Shown: positions 31,372 to 44,969 of the stretch, piece by piece
Layout: each line of letters begins with the position of its first letter
Position numbering within the stretch: position 1 is the first letter of the stretch
Assembly (NCBI RefSeq): GCF_009914755.1
Contig: NC_060931.1
Reading direction: 5' to 3' (one strand)
DNA: 64,000 bases
Source: the human T2T-CHM13v2.0 reference genome, Homo sapiens
Program-made: the position numbers and the translations under genes
Notes under the pieces: generated by a model
The model's input: only the letters and a program-made list of their open reading frames with translations
The model's database searches: none
Told to the model about the DNA's origin: nothing

Positions 31372-31840
31372 CCTGTTGGATTTTGGACTGGTATGGGGCC
31401 TGTAACCCCTTGGTTTTGGCCAATTTCTCCCATTTGGAACAGTTGTATTTACCCAATCCCTGTACCCCCATTGTATCTAGGAAGTAACTAACTTATTTTT
31501 TATTTTACAGGCTCATAGGTGGAAGGGACTTGCCTTGTCTCAGATGACACTTTGGACTGTGGACTTTTGGGTTAATGCTAAAATGAGTTAAGACTTTGGG
31601 GGACTTTTGGGAAGGCATAATTGGTTTTGAAATGTGAGGACATGAGATTTGGAGGGGGCCAGGAGCAGAATGATATTGTTTGGCTGTGTCCCTATTCAAA
31701 TCTCAACTAGAATTATATCTCCCAGAATTCCCACATGTTGTGGGAGGGACCTAGTGGGAGGTAATTGAATCATAGGGGCTGGTCTTTCTCATGCTATTCT
31801 TGTGATAGTGAAGAAGTCTCACAAGATCTGATCATTTATA

Positions 31841-31948
31841 ATGGGTTTCCACTTTTGCATCTGGATCATTTTTCTCTTGCCACCACCATGTAAGAAGTGC
31901 CTTTCACCTCCCACCATGAACCTGAGGCCTCCCGAGTCATGTGGAAAT
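31841..31948 (+). CDS. C7orf69: C7orf69/PKD1L1-AS1 exon 1 ORF part: MGFHFCIWIIFLLPPPCKKCLSPPTMNLRPPESCGN (coding status doubtful)
   Basis: ATG at 31841, donor AAT|gtaagt at 31948/31949, entirely within the THE1A 3' LTR; matches recalled C7orf69 peptide. Confidence 0.75.
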
Positions 31949-32493
31949 GTAAGTCCAATTAAACTTCTTTTTGTTCCCAGTTTTGGGTATGTCTTTATCA
32001 GCAGTATGAAAACAAACTAATACATCAGCCATGAAGAAAGTGAGTATTCAGTGTGCAAACGCCTGGTTTGATTTGTTTACATGCATGTCTGGGGTGACTG
32101 AACTCAAGTAATGCACCTAAGGCTCTATGTTTTGGATAGAAGTTTGGGTTTGATAGCAGGCACCAAAAGCAAATGACTAACTCAGGGGACAGAATACAGC
32201 ATGTCTGTGTCCTGGGGAAGACCATAAACTCTGTCTTTCCAACTGTACAGGTCACTATAAGGATATAGTGAGTTAAGGCAGGAGAATGTGCTTGGTAATC
32301 TGTAAAGTGTTTTAGAATTGCACGGGAAAATTCCATGAGTTCCACTATGATTGAGACTAATTTTGTGGCTTTGCAAGGAGATTTGGCATGGAAACATACT
32401 CATGCTTTGATAACTGAAAGCAAAATTCTGCAATGAAACCATCATCTTGAGTGTGTGCTATCATGCTCAGTAATCCAAGATCTCACAGCTTAC

Positions 32494-32655
32494 GTGATTC
32501 TCAACCATCTCAGCCTCTTCCAACTTTGGTGTTTCCAGTCTCAGAAAGGTGAGGACCTTTTCCCACATATAAGCAGTGACATCTTTAAGTCTCACAAAAG
32601 ATTTACTTTGAAAAGATTTTCTTTTTTGGGGTAAAGTCATGAGAAAACCTCTCAG
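32494..32655 (-). CDS. PKD1L1: PKD1L1 exon (~55): LRGFLMTLPQKRKSFQSKSFVRLKDVTAYMWEKVLTFLRLETPKLEEAEMVENH
   Basis: Acceptor tttttcctag, donor CAC|gtaagc; 162 nt. Confidence 0.94.
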
Positions 32656-32997
32656 CTAGGAAAAAGAAAAAAATAAAGACAAATTTCATGTTAGCAGCCT
32701 AAATAAAGAGCTTTGTTAACGTGATAAACTATGCAATGGAGATTATATCTGATGATGCTACTTTACGAGCTTTTGGTAAAATAGTGATTTCTTGGTGAAA
32801 AAAAGCAAAATCAGGAAAATACCTCTCCTGAATTGAACTAAATGGCAGTAAGATGATCTCAGCAATGGAAATTCATTGTATTATAAAGGTTGTTTTCAGT
32901 ATCTAACTTTGGAGACTGAGATTATCAACGCGATGTGCATGCCCATATGTAAAGTCTGTGTCTCAGTTTCAGTGTCCCCTGGTGAACCATTCTGAGC

Positions 32998-33938
<941 letters not shown>

Positions 33939-34389
33939 AAATTTCAGAACTCTGCAAAGATGCTCAGGAGCCTGAAAGGGTAGGCCATTGGTGTGTAGGT
34001 CTGAGGCCTCCTGGATTTACCAGCAAAACACCCGTGGCAGACAGCAAGACCTGACTCTTCCACCCAGAGACCTCAATGCAATATTGCCTGCCTGTCTCAG
34101 AAGATAGCATCCAGGTGCCTAAGCACGACATTCAAGGCCCTCCATTCCTGACTCCAACCATCCTTTTCAACATAATGCCCACTTGACCCAGAACTCCAGC
34201 ATGGCCCTCCCTGCATGCCCCCTGTCTAAAATGCTGCTCTCAGCAGTCATCACCATGAGTGGAACTGCTCATCAAGGCTCACTCTCCTGTTGTATGAAGA
34301 TTTCCTGGTCTCCCTAGGAAGAATAAATGAGTCTCTGATCTAAGTTTCTTGCTCTTTGAGGACACTTCTAGTTAGGCTTTAAAATTGCC

Positions 34390-35520
<1,131 letters not shown>

Positions 35521-35539
35521 AATATAAAAATTGCCGTAA

Positions 35540-35780
35540 TTATTTGTATATGCCAGTCTTCCCCTATGGACTGTGAGCTCCCTGAGGCAGGAAGCAGTTA
35601 TTATCTTTGTTTCGCCATTGCCTGAATATAATGGGCATTCTTTAGTTTTTTGTTGAATGAGTGAGTGCATGAATGAACAAATGAGTGGATTGATGGATGG
35701 ATGGGTGGGTGGATAGGTGGACAGGTAACTAGTTTGGTGAGTAGGTGTGTGGATGGGTGATCGATGGATTTATGCATTCA
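35540..35780 (+). repeat. L2 3' end with (GGAT/GAAT)n low-complexity tail
   Basis: GACTGTGAGCTCCCTGAGGCAGG...TGAATGA and GGAT repeats. Confidence 0.6.
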
Positions 35781-36417
35781 TGGATGAGCAAGAGTAGGGA
35801 GCTAGGATCATTGATAAAAGCAAAGGACTCGGGCCTGAGTGTTGTCAAGGTGTGAACATGAGCAATCACTTTTAGTTTCCCTCTAGCTACTAAACTAGAA
35901 TACCAGTAGACTTTTAAGGACTGCAGAGAATTTTTATCCACTTACAAAGCTTGAATATTAAATTTACTGAACTTGCAGTGGGCTCTACAATGTGTCAGGA
36001 ACTACTACCCTAGAAGGCAGGCACACCAATATGCCTGCTAGGAATGTGGCTAGAGTTCAAAAGCAGACAAAAACCAATAGCACAAGACAATGGGTGCAAT
36101 GAGGAGGCATGCTCAGAGCCTTTGGGGGTCCAGGGGAGAATCGGTGCTGGGAGAGCTTCTAGAGGGAACACCACATTGACCCTGTCTTAGAACTTAACGC
36201 TGAACGAGTCACAGTGGAGGGATCCGAGGGAAGGCATGTTCAGTAAGTGTGGACAGCATGCCTATAGGCTTAGTCAAGCACAGAGCAGGGGTCCCAACCC
36301 TGAGCCTTCCATAGGAACACCTGTAGGGCCTTCTGGAAATAGAAGTGATGAGTCCCACCCTTGTGATGTGGGCATAGCAATCCTGGGTCTGGCTGGGCAG
36401 AGCAGGTCGGAGCCTCG

Positions 36418-36600
36418 GCAGGGAGGGGTAAAATATAAGACACTCAGTAACATTTTAATTTCAGGTCAACAACAAATAACTTTTAACATAAATATGTCTG
36501 AACTGCTGCAGGGGGCTTACTAATACTGAAAACTTTTCCATTGTTTACTGAAACTTAACTGTAACTGGGTTCCAGTTTTATTTGCTAAATCTGTTGACCC
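36418..36600. mobile_element. MER53-like palindromic hAT MITE
   Basis: Similar to recalled MER53 (..ATTTCAG.T.AACAAC.AATAA...TTTATTTGCTAAATCTG..ACCC); imperfect inverted arms. Confidence 0.6.
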
Positions 36601-37157
36601 CAAGTCCAGGCAATAGGACAAGACCATGGGGGAGACTCTTCTTCCATTGAAGGAGTTTAAGCCATGTGTGACATGACTAGATTTGCCAGTGGCAGGTCAG
36701 TAGGAGGGCGTGAAACAGGGAGCCATTCCTCCTTCAGCCGCTAGCCTGGAGAACACGTCCAGTGGAGGTGGCTGATGGGAGTGCAACTCTGATAAGATGG
36801 AAAGACTGAGAAAAGGCAACAGATACCCCTGAGGCAGTGTGAGATTGCAGATGAAGTTCACAGTAAGAAATGATGTGATTCAGTGCAGAGTGAGGGGGGC
36901 CAGGGAAGCTTCCTGGAGGAAGTGGCACCCTGGGGTGGCTGCTCTCGTGCTGGACTATTCTAGAGTAAGGGAGAGTCAAACCAACTGTGTTTGACGGACC
37001 TGACCTCCCAGGGCAGGTGAGCTGGACGGCAGGGATTCATTACCATGAGATCTGGCCTGTGTTGCCTGGCCCTGTCCACATGGACCAGAGTTTCACCCCA
37101 ACAGCAAATGAAACTTTTACAAACCATAACTTGAAAGTTGGGGATGTGTTTACTTAC

Positions 37158-37388
37158 CATTCCAAAACACAGTGTGGCAGAGACTATTAAAAGGATCCCA
37201 AAGTAACAAGCCATGGCCCGCTGGTCAGACTTGGAAAGGCCAAGGAGGCAGTCTTTTTGGCTTCTTCTGGGAAAATGAAACAGCAGCCCGGGGAAGGTGT
37301 CTGTGAAGGTGCCAGGTGGTAGAACCCACATAGAGAGCAGAAATCGGTGCAGGTGGGAGAGGGCGGCCAGCATCAGTGCCCCCACCAG
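37158..37388 (-). CDS. PKD1L1: PKD1L1 exon (~54): LVGALMLAALSHLHRF...GILLIVSATLCFGM (last TM segments)
   Basis: Acceptor ttctttctgcag, donor ATG|gtaagt; 231 nt. Confidence 0.95.
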
Positions 37389-38418
37389 CTGCAGAAAGAA
37401 AATCCAGAGAGCACTGACCTCGTCACCTCTTCTTAGGAGTGGAAGACTCAACTTCCAAATGTTGAAAATAGAGACAAACTTGGAGGGGCAGTTTTGGGAG
37501 TGTGGATCAATCATGTCATCCCTGGTTTTGAACCCAAAAGGCGTATGTCACCCTCTCACCCATCTCCCAGGCCTCCCTCCTCCCACCCCACCAGCCTCCC
37601 ACACTGTGGCTGGTCTCCCTCCTCCCTTTCAAGGGCTCTTCCTGCCAGTGCCCTCTCCTCTCCTCAGCTGCCTCCTCTGCCTATGGTGACAAGCGGCCTG
37701 CTCCCCTGGCCTTTGGCCCCCTTAGGAAGCCATGGTTGCCATGAGGGGGCAGCTCCCTCATGATCTTTATGTCCCGCGCACCTGGCCAGAGCTTAGTAAA
37801 ATAAATCACTTAGGAAGCATCAGGAAGGCTTTCCAATTTTGATGTAGATTTGGTTCAGGTTAAGTTTCATGGTCCTGGTTGTCGTAACAGACTGGGAACT
37901 TGGCCTGGGATCTGAGGGGTTGTATCACTGGCTCCGTTCATGCTTCTCACTCCATCTGCTCCAACCAGCTCTGGTGCTGACAAGTATTTTTTCAGCCTGG
38001 ATGTCAGACCATCAGGCGGTCGTCCCATAGGTCCACATGGGGCTGTGTGTGTAGACTGTGGACGGGCCTACAGAGAGGCCCTACCTAGCTGCAGCTATAG
38101 TCATGGGCTGCATTCTGTGTGGGTGCTTGCTGGATTCATGTACAAGCCTGGACAGGTACCCAAAGACTTCCCTACAAATGCACTAGGACTCGTTTTAGTA
38201 TTACTTACTCCATAAGTGAAATCAGACATCAGTGGAACTCAGAAGAAAGAAAGCACAATCTATGAGTCTACAACTGGACAAATTGAGCTGTGTGGTCTCC
38301 CGGTCTCCCCTTGATGCCTATGCATCTATACTTGCTGCACAGTTAGAATTCTGCTACTTAATTTGCACACAAATTATTTATATTCTGGGCTTTTTTTTCC
38401 TTACATAAAAGCATTTTT

Positions 38419-38716
38419 GGCTGGGCGTGGTGGCTCATGCCTGTAATCCCAGCACTTTGGGAGGCCGAGGCGGGCGGATCACGAGGTCAGGAGATCGAGA
38501 CCATCCTGGCTAACACGGTGAAACACCGTCTCTACTAAAAATACAAAAAATTAGCCACACATGGTGGTGTGTGCCTGTAGTCCCAGCTACTTGGGAGGCT
38601 GAGGCAGAAGAATGGCATGAACCCGGGAGGCGGAGCTTTGCAGTGAGCCGAGATTGCACCACTGCCCTCCAGCCTGGGTGACAGAGCGAGACTCTATCTC
38701 AAAAAAAAAAAAAAAA
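38419..38716 (+). mobile_element. AluY
   Basis: GAGATCGAGACCATCCTGGCTAACACGGTG diagnostic; A tail. Confidence 0.92.
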
Positions 38717-39715
38717 GCAGTTTTGCATGTTGCTAAATGGTCTTAATAATGACTAGTTTAATCACTCCATAAATTCTACATGCATATAATCTCAAAGGCC
38801 AGTAGTAACCTTCGGGGCAAATGTCGTTAATGCTTTTTCTGGAGGCAGAGGTTGGGCAAATGGCTGGTGCTCGCAACAGTGAGCTGGAGTGTGGGACAGC
38901 CAGGTTCAAATGCTGCTCTCTCTGACTCTCAGGTTCGTTCTCTCTGCCCTGGTTTGCTCAGCATGTTCCTCCAGTGTAAGGTGAATAGGGCTTGCAGAAC
39001 CCCTTCCCTGGAGCAGGAGACCTGTGCTTGGTGTCCTGTGTGGCTTGGATCCTGACAGCCAGAGCCTCCTAACTCAGGGCACTTGGCCTAGACTTTCCCT
39101 CAGCCCTGATTGCAATTCTTTGCTGTACTAGGGCCTGTCAGGTTGGAGAAAGCTCTTTCTCTGCTGGGACCAGATCGGAATCAACAGCACCCCAGGAACT
39201 TCATCAGGGCTCCAAGCTGTACTCTGTACCTGTTGATTCGGAGCTTCACCCTCCAGACCAGACTTCAGGGCTAGCCCTGGATGAAGACTTGGCTGTGCCC
39301 TGTTGTTTGAGACAGGAAATCCTGAGAATCTTCTAAGAAGAACTGTGCCTGTCCATAGCTTGGTTGTGATAGTTAAACGAAGTAATCTATGAGAGGCCCA
39401 AAGTGCCATTCCTGGCACTTAGAGAAAGCTCAGTAGGTGATAATAACTACTTATATTAGTAATAATAACATGCTGTTGTAAGGTATAGTACAGAGCAAGT
39501 GTTTCCTAAATCATGGTTATTGTTGTCATGACCATAACTTACTATGTAACTATTGATATCAGTTATCTAAAACCACACTGTAAGGGATTAGAAGACTGGA
39601 ATTCTAGACGGTGTTTAACCTTGAGAGCAGTTTGTTTTTCCCTTGAGAAAGGCTGACGAGTACACAGATCAATGGTTTACAAGGGAAATCACCTGATAAA
39701 GGGGAGAGTTCTTAC

Positions 39716-39850
39716 CCCTGCTACAAAGATGCTGGGGAGTGAGTGGCGCATCATGGAGGAGCAGGATGCCATTGTGTTTTGAATGCCAGGAAGATAGACG
39801 CATTTTAATGTGAAGAGGAATAAGAGGATTCCCCGGAGCCATCGAGCCCT
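39716..39850 (-). CDS. PKD1L1: PKD1L1 exon (~53): RARWLRGILLFLFTLKCVYLPGIQNTMASCSSMMRHSLPSIFVAG
   Basis: Acceptor tctgtctcag, donor GGG|gtaaga; 135 nt, phase 0-0. Confidence 0.94.
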
Positions 39851-40769
39851 CTGAGACAGAAGAACATAACAGTCAGTGTGCCATGCCAGTCACTGAAAGG
39901 TGCAGACATATTCACAGCTGTCAGTCATGCATAAAGAGTTCATTGGATTTGATGATGTTATATAGACCCATGAGTCTCCGAGGGACATCAAGTGCAGATG
40001 TCTGCAGAGGAGAATGAGTTGGAACTAGGGGTAAATACAAATCGTAACGCATTTTGAGAAGACCTGCTCTGAATTCTGGCCTGGCCATTTCTTTGAACAC
40101 CAGGATGGAGCAGGTCTAGCAGGCACACACAGATGGGACTCTGTCCACCCCACGTCTGTTCTCCCTGTCTGCGCCTCAGTCTACTGGGCTATAAGAAAAT
40201 CATCACCACAGAGGGGACTCAAAGAAGTATTTAGTGCATGCTTATTTCCTTTCCCCCAGATACATGTACAGAATAGGGCACCAACACTTTCCAAGTAGGT
40301 TTTTAAAAACGTAATCCTTGCAAATACGGGAGGCACTCCACTTTATATCTCTAGAGTCTACGGCTCAGATAAACAGTGTGAACAGACAAACATAGTACAA
40401 CTGGGGGGCATGGCAGACCCAGGGGCAAACAGCCTTATGGACTCGTCCACATTCACAAGGCCTCTAGGAAGGCTGCTCCCTTCTCCCCTCCCTACCAGGG
40501 GCTTATGGGGAAAGTACTTTTGGGTGTATGATCTCATATGCTCTCACCAAAATTATAAGCCCAAGAGAAAAGAAATGACAGCTGGATGGTTTAAAATCTA
40601 TATGGGCAATGAATCAAGGTTTTCTGTTTGTTTTATTTCCTCAGTAATTGGGACAAAGTCAACAATGACTTCTGACAACCAAAACCTAGAGAAGCTGTGA
40701 GTGGCTGTCACCCCTCGGGTTCCCTTCAGAGCAGGCAGGGCCGCACATGGTTGAATGGGGGATGAATGG

Positions 40770-41420
40770 GGCTTTAGCCAGCACCGGCCAAGAAAAATGC
40801 AATGCAAGCTATGGGTAGAATTTTCTAGTAGCCATGTTTTAAAAAGTATAATTAAACAGAGTAAATTTGTTTTATAATATATTTTGTTTAAAATAGTACA
40901 TGTAAAATCATAAAAAATAGCATCATGTCAATATGTAACCAACATAAAAATTATTGAGATATTTTACATTTTTAATTTTTTTTTTTTTTTTTTTTGAGAG
41001 AGAGTCTCAATCTGTTACCCAGGCTTGAGTGGCAGGATCTCGGCTCACTGCAACCTCCGCCTCCTGGTGAGTTCAAGCAATTCTCTTGTCTCAGCCTACC
41101 GAGTAGCTGGGGCTACAGGCACATGCCACCATAGTGGCTATTATTATTATTTTTATTTTTTTTGCATTTTAATAGAGACAGCATTTCACCATGTTGCTCA
41201 GGCTGGTCTTGAACTTCTGAACTCAGGCAATCTGTCAGCCTAGGCCTCCCAAAATGCTAGGATTATAGGCGTGAGCCACCACGCCCAGCACATTTTTAAT
41301 TTTCATACTAAGTTTATGAAGTCCAGTGAGTATTTTACACTCACAGCACATCTCAGTTTGGACTAGCCACATTTGAAGTTCTCAATAGCCATGTGTGGCT
41401 AGTGGTGACTATTGGACAAC
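40770..41420. mobile_element. MER33-like hAT-Charlie DNA element interrupted by an antisense Alu (40976-41289)
   Basis: TTTTCTAGTAGCCA...ACAGCACATCTCAGTTTGGACTAGCCACATTT...GTGGCTAGTGG. Confidence 0.65.
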
Positions 41421-41592
41421 ACGGCTATAAACCTCCTGTGGACAGAGTGGAAGGGCCGCTTTCTTGCCTCCATCTGATTGAGGGATGCCATAAAGCCTTC
41501 TGAGTAATTGCCATTATTATGACTTTCATTTATGGAACATCTGCTAGGTGCCAAGCTGTTCCAAGGATATGTTTGAATGTGCCTGTACAAAT

Positions 41593-41619
41593 ACACACAC
41601 ACACACACACACACACACA
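41593..41619. repeat. (CA)n microsatellite
   Basis: About 13 CA units. Confidence 0.95.
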
Positions 41620-42249
41620 TTCAAATCCTAGCAAAACCCCCAAGGTATGTATCATAGTTCTACCTTATTAAGACTTGAAGAAAGTTAAGAAACTTGCCCA
41701 ATGGCACATGGTCAAAGAGGAGCTGGGAGTGAGTTTTAGGTCTGCTGATTCTAAAGCCTGTGCATTTTCATTTTCACACACTCAAATCATAGTTCTTTAA
41801 TCCTGGGTGTTAAATTCCATCATTAGAAAGTCATTTGTGTTTATCTTGAAGATGACTCGTTCTTCCTGCACCTGGGATGCAGCCTACATTGAAGTTAGAG
41901 CTAAATTCCTCTAACTGTCTCTACAGAGAATAATTTGACAAACAGCACAACAGGTGCCCACAGAAGTGGAATTAGGAGGGAAAGCCGTAGTGTGGGCAGA
42001 GGCCAAGGTGCCAGAACAGAGACGGGTACATGAGGGCACCTCAGAAGACAAACATGGTCTACACTGCACATTTCTGAAAAGCTGGCCCTGAACACACAGC
42101 AACACAGCAACAGAGCTGAATGGTGTGAGATACAGGTTCCTGCCTTGAGCACTCCTGGGTCAGGACAATGTGGACCATGTCCTTGGAGGGCCGTTCCATT
42201 GCATTATAGTTCTGTGCTTAGGAATGCAGTTACCCAGGACCCCAAGACC

Positions 42250-42445
42250 AGAGGCCAATTCCAGTGCAGCTCCTATATCAATGTGAGTGACCTTGAGCCA
42301 GTTGCTTAACGTTTCAGAGCCTCGGTCTAGATGGGTGGCATACTAGTACCTGTTTCATTAGATGGTTGGATAGCTCAACATACACGTGATTATATAGAAT
42401 TTATGCAGTGCCTGGCAGGAGCTAACCTCAATACATGTCAGCTCT
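42250..42445 (+). mobile_element. MIR
   Basis: GTGACCTTGAGCCAGTTGCTTAAC...CAGTGCCTGGCA. Confidence 0.6.
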
Positions 42446-43450
42446 TCTCAGAAGCTAATTGAGGAATTGGAAATTGGCATCTGCCCTAGAAAGGATCCCC
42501 AGGGAAGAGGGGCTCTCCCCAGGTAAGTTTTTCTGGCAGGGGCAGGGAACATAATGAGAAAGATAGGACATCAGTGGGGAAAAGGGATATAAGGATGAAC
42601 TCACTTCCCAAGGTCAGAAGTCAGGAGGAGGCTATTTACTGCAAGTCACCAGGTCAGTATGTAGACCAGATTCATGTTTGCCCTAGTCATGCTTCTAGAA
42701 AACCTCCCCTGTCCGCATCAGGTGAAAAGAACATCCTACATTCACTCTGCCCCCTATTCCTGAGGCCCACACCTGCTGGCCAATCAGTGACTAATCAGAT
42801 GCTCTTGTAAGCTGTGCACTGAGAGACAGAAAGCTGGCCGCTATCTGTGGGCCTTTAAGCACAGGCAAGGGAGTGTCAGGCATGTCGGCATTGTAGCCCA
42901 CAGGACCATGCAAGACTACAGTTACATGGGTAAGCCAGAACTCAAATAGTAGGAAGCGGGTTGACTAGCAGAGCTATACTATAAAAGGTAGACCAGGAAG
43001 CCTGCTGTCTGTCCCAGAGAGAGATGCCAATAAATTAAGCAGCCAGTCCTCATCGGGCCCTAATATTGGTACCAGGGGAGCAGTAGTGAACAAAATAGAT
43101 ACATTCTCTATTCTGCAGTTTCCAGCCTTGTGGGGGAAGACAGTAAACCAAATAATTGCTTAATGCAGATTTCATTAGATGCTGATAAGTGCCTGCAGAA
43201 CAGGTCCCTGGTTGGCCTTGGCCAGCCCAGCTCTTCCCCTTTTATTGCTTATAGTTCTCACAATAACTGTTGAATGTGCTAGGAATGCAATATCCGGAGA
43301 TAAGGAGGAACTACATGGAAGAGCGTGGGCTCTGGTCATGTTCCTCCAAGAAGAGGATGCCCTCTAACACTTTAGCACAGCATGTTATGTTCCCCCAGCT
43401 TATGAAACTTCAGGGCAGGCAGCTTTCCAGGCTCTCTGAACTGGTGCAAG

Positions 43451-43528
43451 CGGGACACACACAGACAGGATTCTGTCGGGACACACACAGACGGGACTCT
43501 GTCGGGACACACACAGACGGGACTCTGT
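43451..43528. repeat. 26-bp minisatellite x3 (CGGGACACACACAGACGGGACTCTGT)
   Basis: Units at 43451, 43477 and 43503; units 2 and 3 identical. Confidence 0.95.
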
Positions 43529-44744
43529 CCACCCTGGTCAGCTTTCCTGAGGTGGGGGCACTGGCTCACCATGCAGCCCAGGCTTCTGCTGTCCCTGCCA
43601 ATCTGTGAGTGACAGTTGCTTTGCCTTGCTTGTGCGAGTGTTCTGTCTCATCAGATTCATGTATTCTTTCACTTCAGGAGAAAAGCCAAATCTTCTGCTT
43701 GGGCTCCTTTAGAACCTGTTTCTTTCCTCTAGCCTAGGGAGTTTCTCTTGCTTGCAACAAAATGATCTCCAACAAAGAGGCAGGGACTGGGGCACTGGTG
43801 GAGGAAGCAGAAGTGTAGAGGAAACGAGCCTCATCCTGCCTGGTTCTCCTTACACAGCGGACAGGAGCCAAGGGGTGAGAGGGAGGTTGTGGGGCAGATG
43901 AATGGACCTGGGGAGAAGGGGCCTGAAGATGGAGGGGAACTGGCCCTTGTTCTCTAGGTTGCTATAGGACTCACCCAGCCCTGGGGGTGGCCCTGGGGCC
44001 CTGACCACCCTCTAGATGGGAAAAGGAGGACAAGGGGGTTAGGGAGGGGCTAGATCTGAGGGCAGCAGGGCAAGGAGGCAGAATATGTGGGCTCATCTTC
44101 CACCACCACAGGAAGGCAGCGTCCCATGCTGTTGTGGGGGGATCCTGCCCCATCTCATCAGCCCCCTCCCCAGGGCTCGTCCAGGCCCATCTGTGCACAT
44201 TTGCCTGGTCCTCCTGGTAGGAGCCCCCATCCCTGTGGGGAACCATTCCCTGCAGGAAGGGCTGCCTAGGGGAAGGAGGTACAGGGACTTTGAAACCAGA
44301 CTTCTCTCTATTGAGGGACCTGATACTCTGTGAGCTTTGGTGTCTTCACTTGCAGAGTGGCTAATACTGCCTGCATTTATGACTGTCGCCAGAATGAAGA
44401 GAGAAAATGGTGTGTCTAAGCAAGTCAGCGCTAGCCTCCTTCCTCCATGCTGCATCAACACCTGCTTCCTGTGCCCCTTAGCGTCCCCTGGAGGCACTGG
44501 GGGAATTCCAGGCTCTTGAGTTCTGCTCCACGCAGAATCCACATACCCCAGTGTTCAAAGCATGTCTCAAGCTCTTCAAGCCCTTCACTGTCCTGGCCAC
44601 TCCCATCTGCCAGCTCAGAGCATCATCTCTCGATATCAAACAAATCTGTTGTCTCGCACCTTCTAGAGTTTGTGTGACCTCTGCCTTTTGGATGGCATCA
44701 CAGTGCATGGCCTCTATCTGCATGGCCCTGAGCACACCGTGTAC

Positions 44745-44885
44745 CTGATTCCATGATGCCATAAGGGTGAGGTCCATAAATGCTCGGCAAAGTCCTCTGT
44801 GAAACTGGTTAGTGACATCTCCAGCAAGAGTAACAAGGTGGCCGGAAACTGCATAGTAGGTGAGGCTCACTCCAACCACGGAGAG
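44745..44885 (-). CDS. PKD1L1: PKD1L1 exon (~52): LSVVGVSLTYYAVSGHLVTLAGDVTNQFHRGLCRAFMDLTLMASWNQ
   Basis: Acceptor gttccag, donor CAG|gtacac; 141 nt. Confidence 0.95.
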
Positions 44886-44969
44886 CTGGAACATCCAAGA
44901 GAAAGGCCCTCAGATGGCTCCTGAGGAAGGGCTTACCTGGCACCCCATGTGACACGCGTTTGTAAGTTA

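Larger units (their letters stand above)
29786..32024 (+). mobile_element. Full-length THE1A (ERVL-MaLR): 5' LTR 29786-30138, internal 30139-31670, 3' LTR 31671-32024
   Basis: Both LTRs begin TGATAT and end ACTAA(T/A)ACA; THE1A-type TTTCCGCTTTTG segment; near-perfect 5-bp TSD TCACC/TCAGC. Confidence 0.93.

Noticed and set aside
36960-37514. 184-aa minus-strand ORF
   Set aside because: It is PKD1L1 exon 54 plus open flanking intron, already annotated
43451-43528. Direct repeats as a possible CRISPR-like array
   Set aside because: No spacers, and the context is a eukaryotic intron; it is an ordinary minisatellite
44093-44542. 149-aa minus-strand ORF near exon 52
   Set aside because: GC-rich intronic chance ORF with no homology I can recognise
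44931-44940. Strong minus-strand donor CCAG|GTAAGC just upstream of exon 52
   Set aside because: Only ~50 nt from the acceptor, too short for a normal intron; probably a decoy
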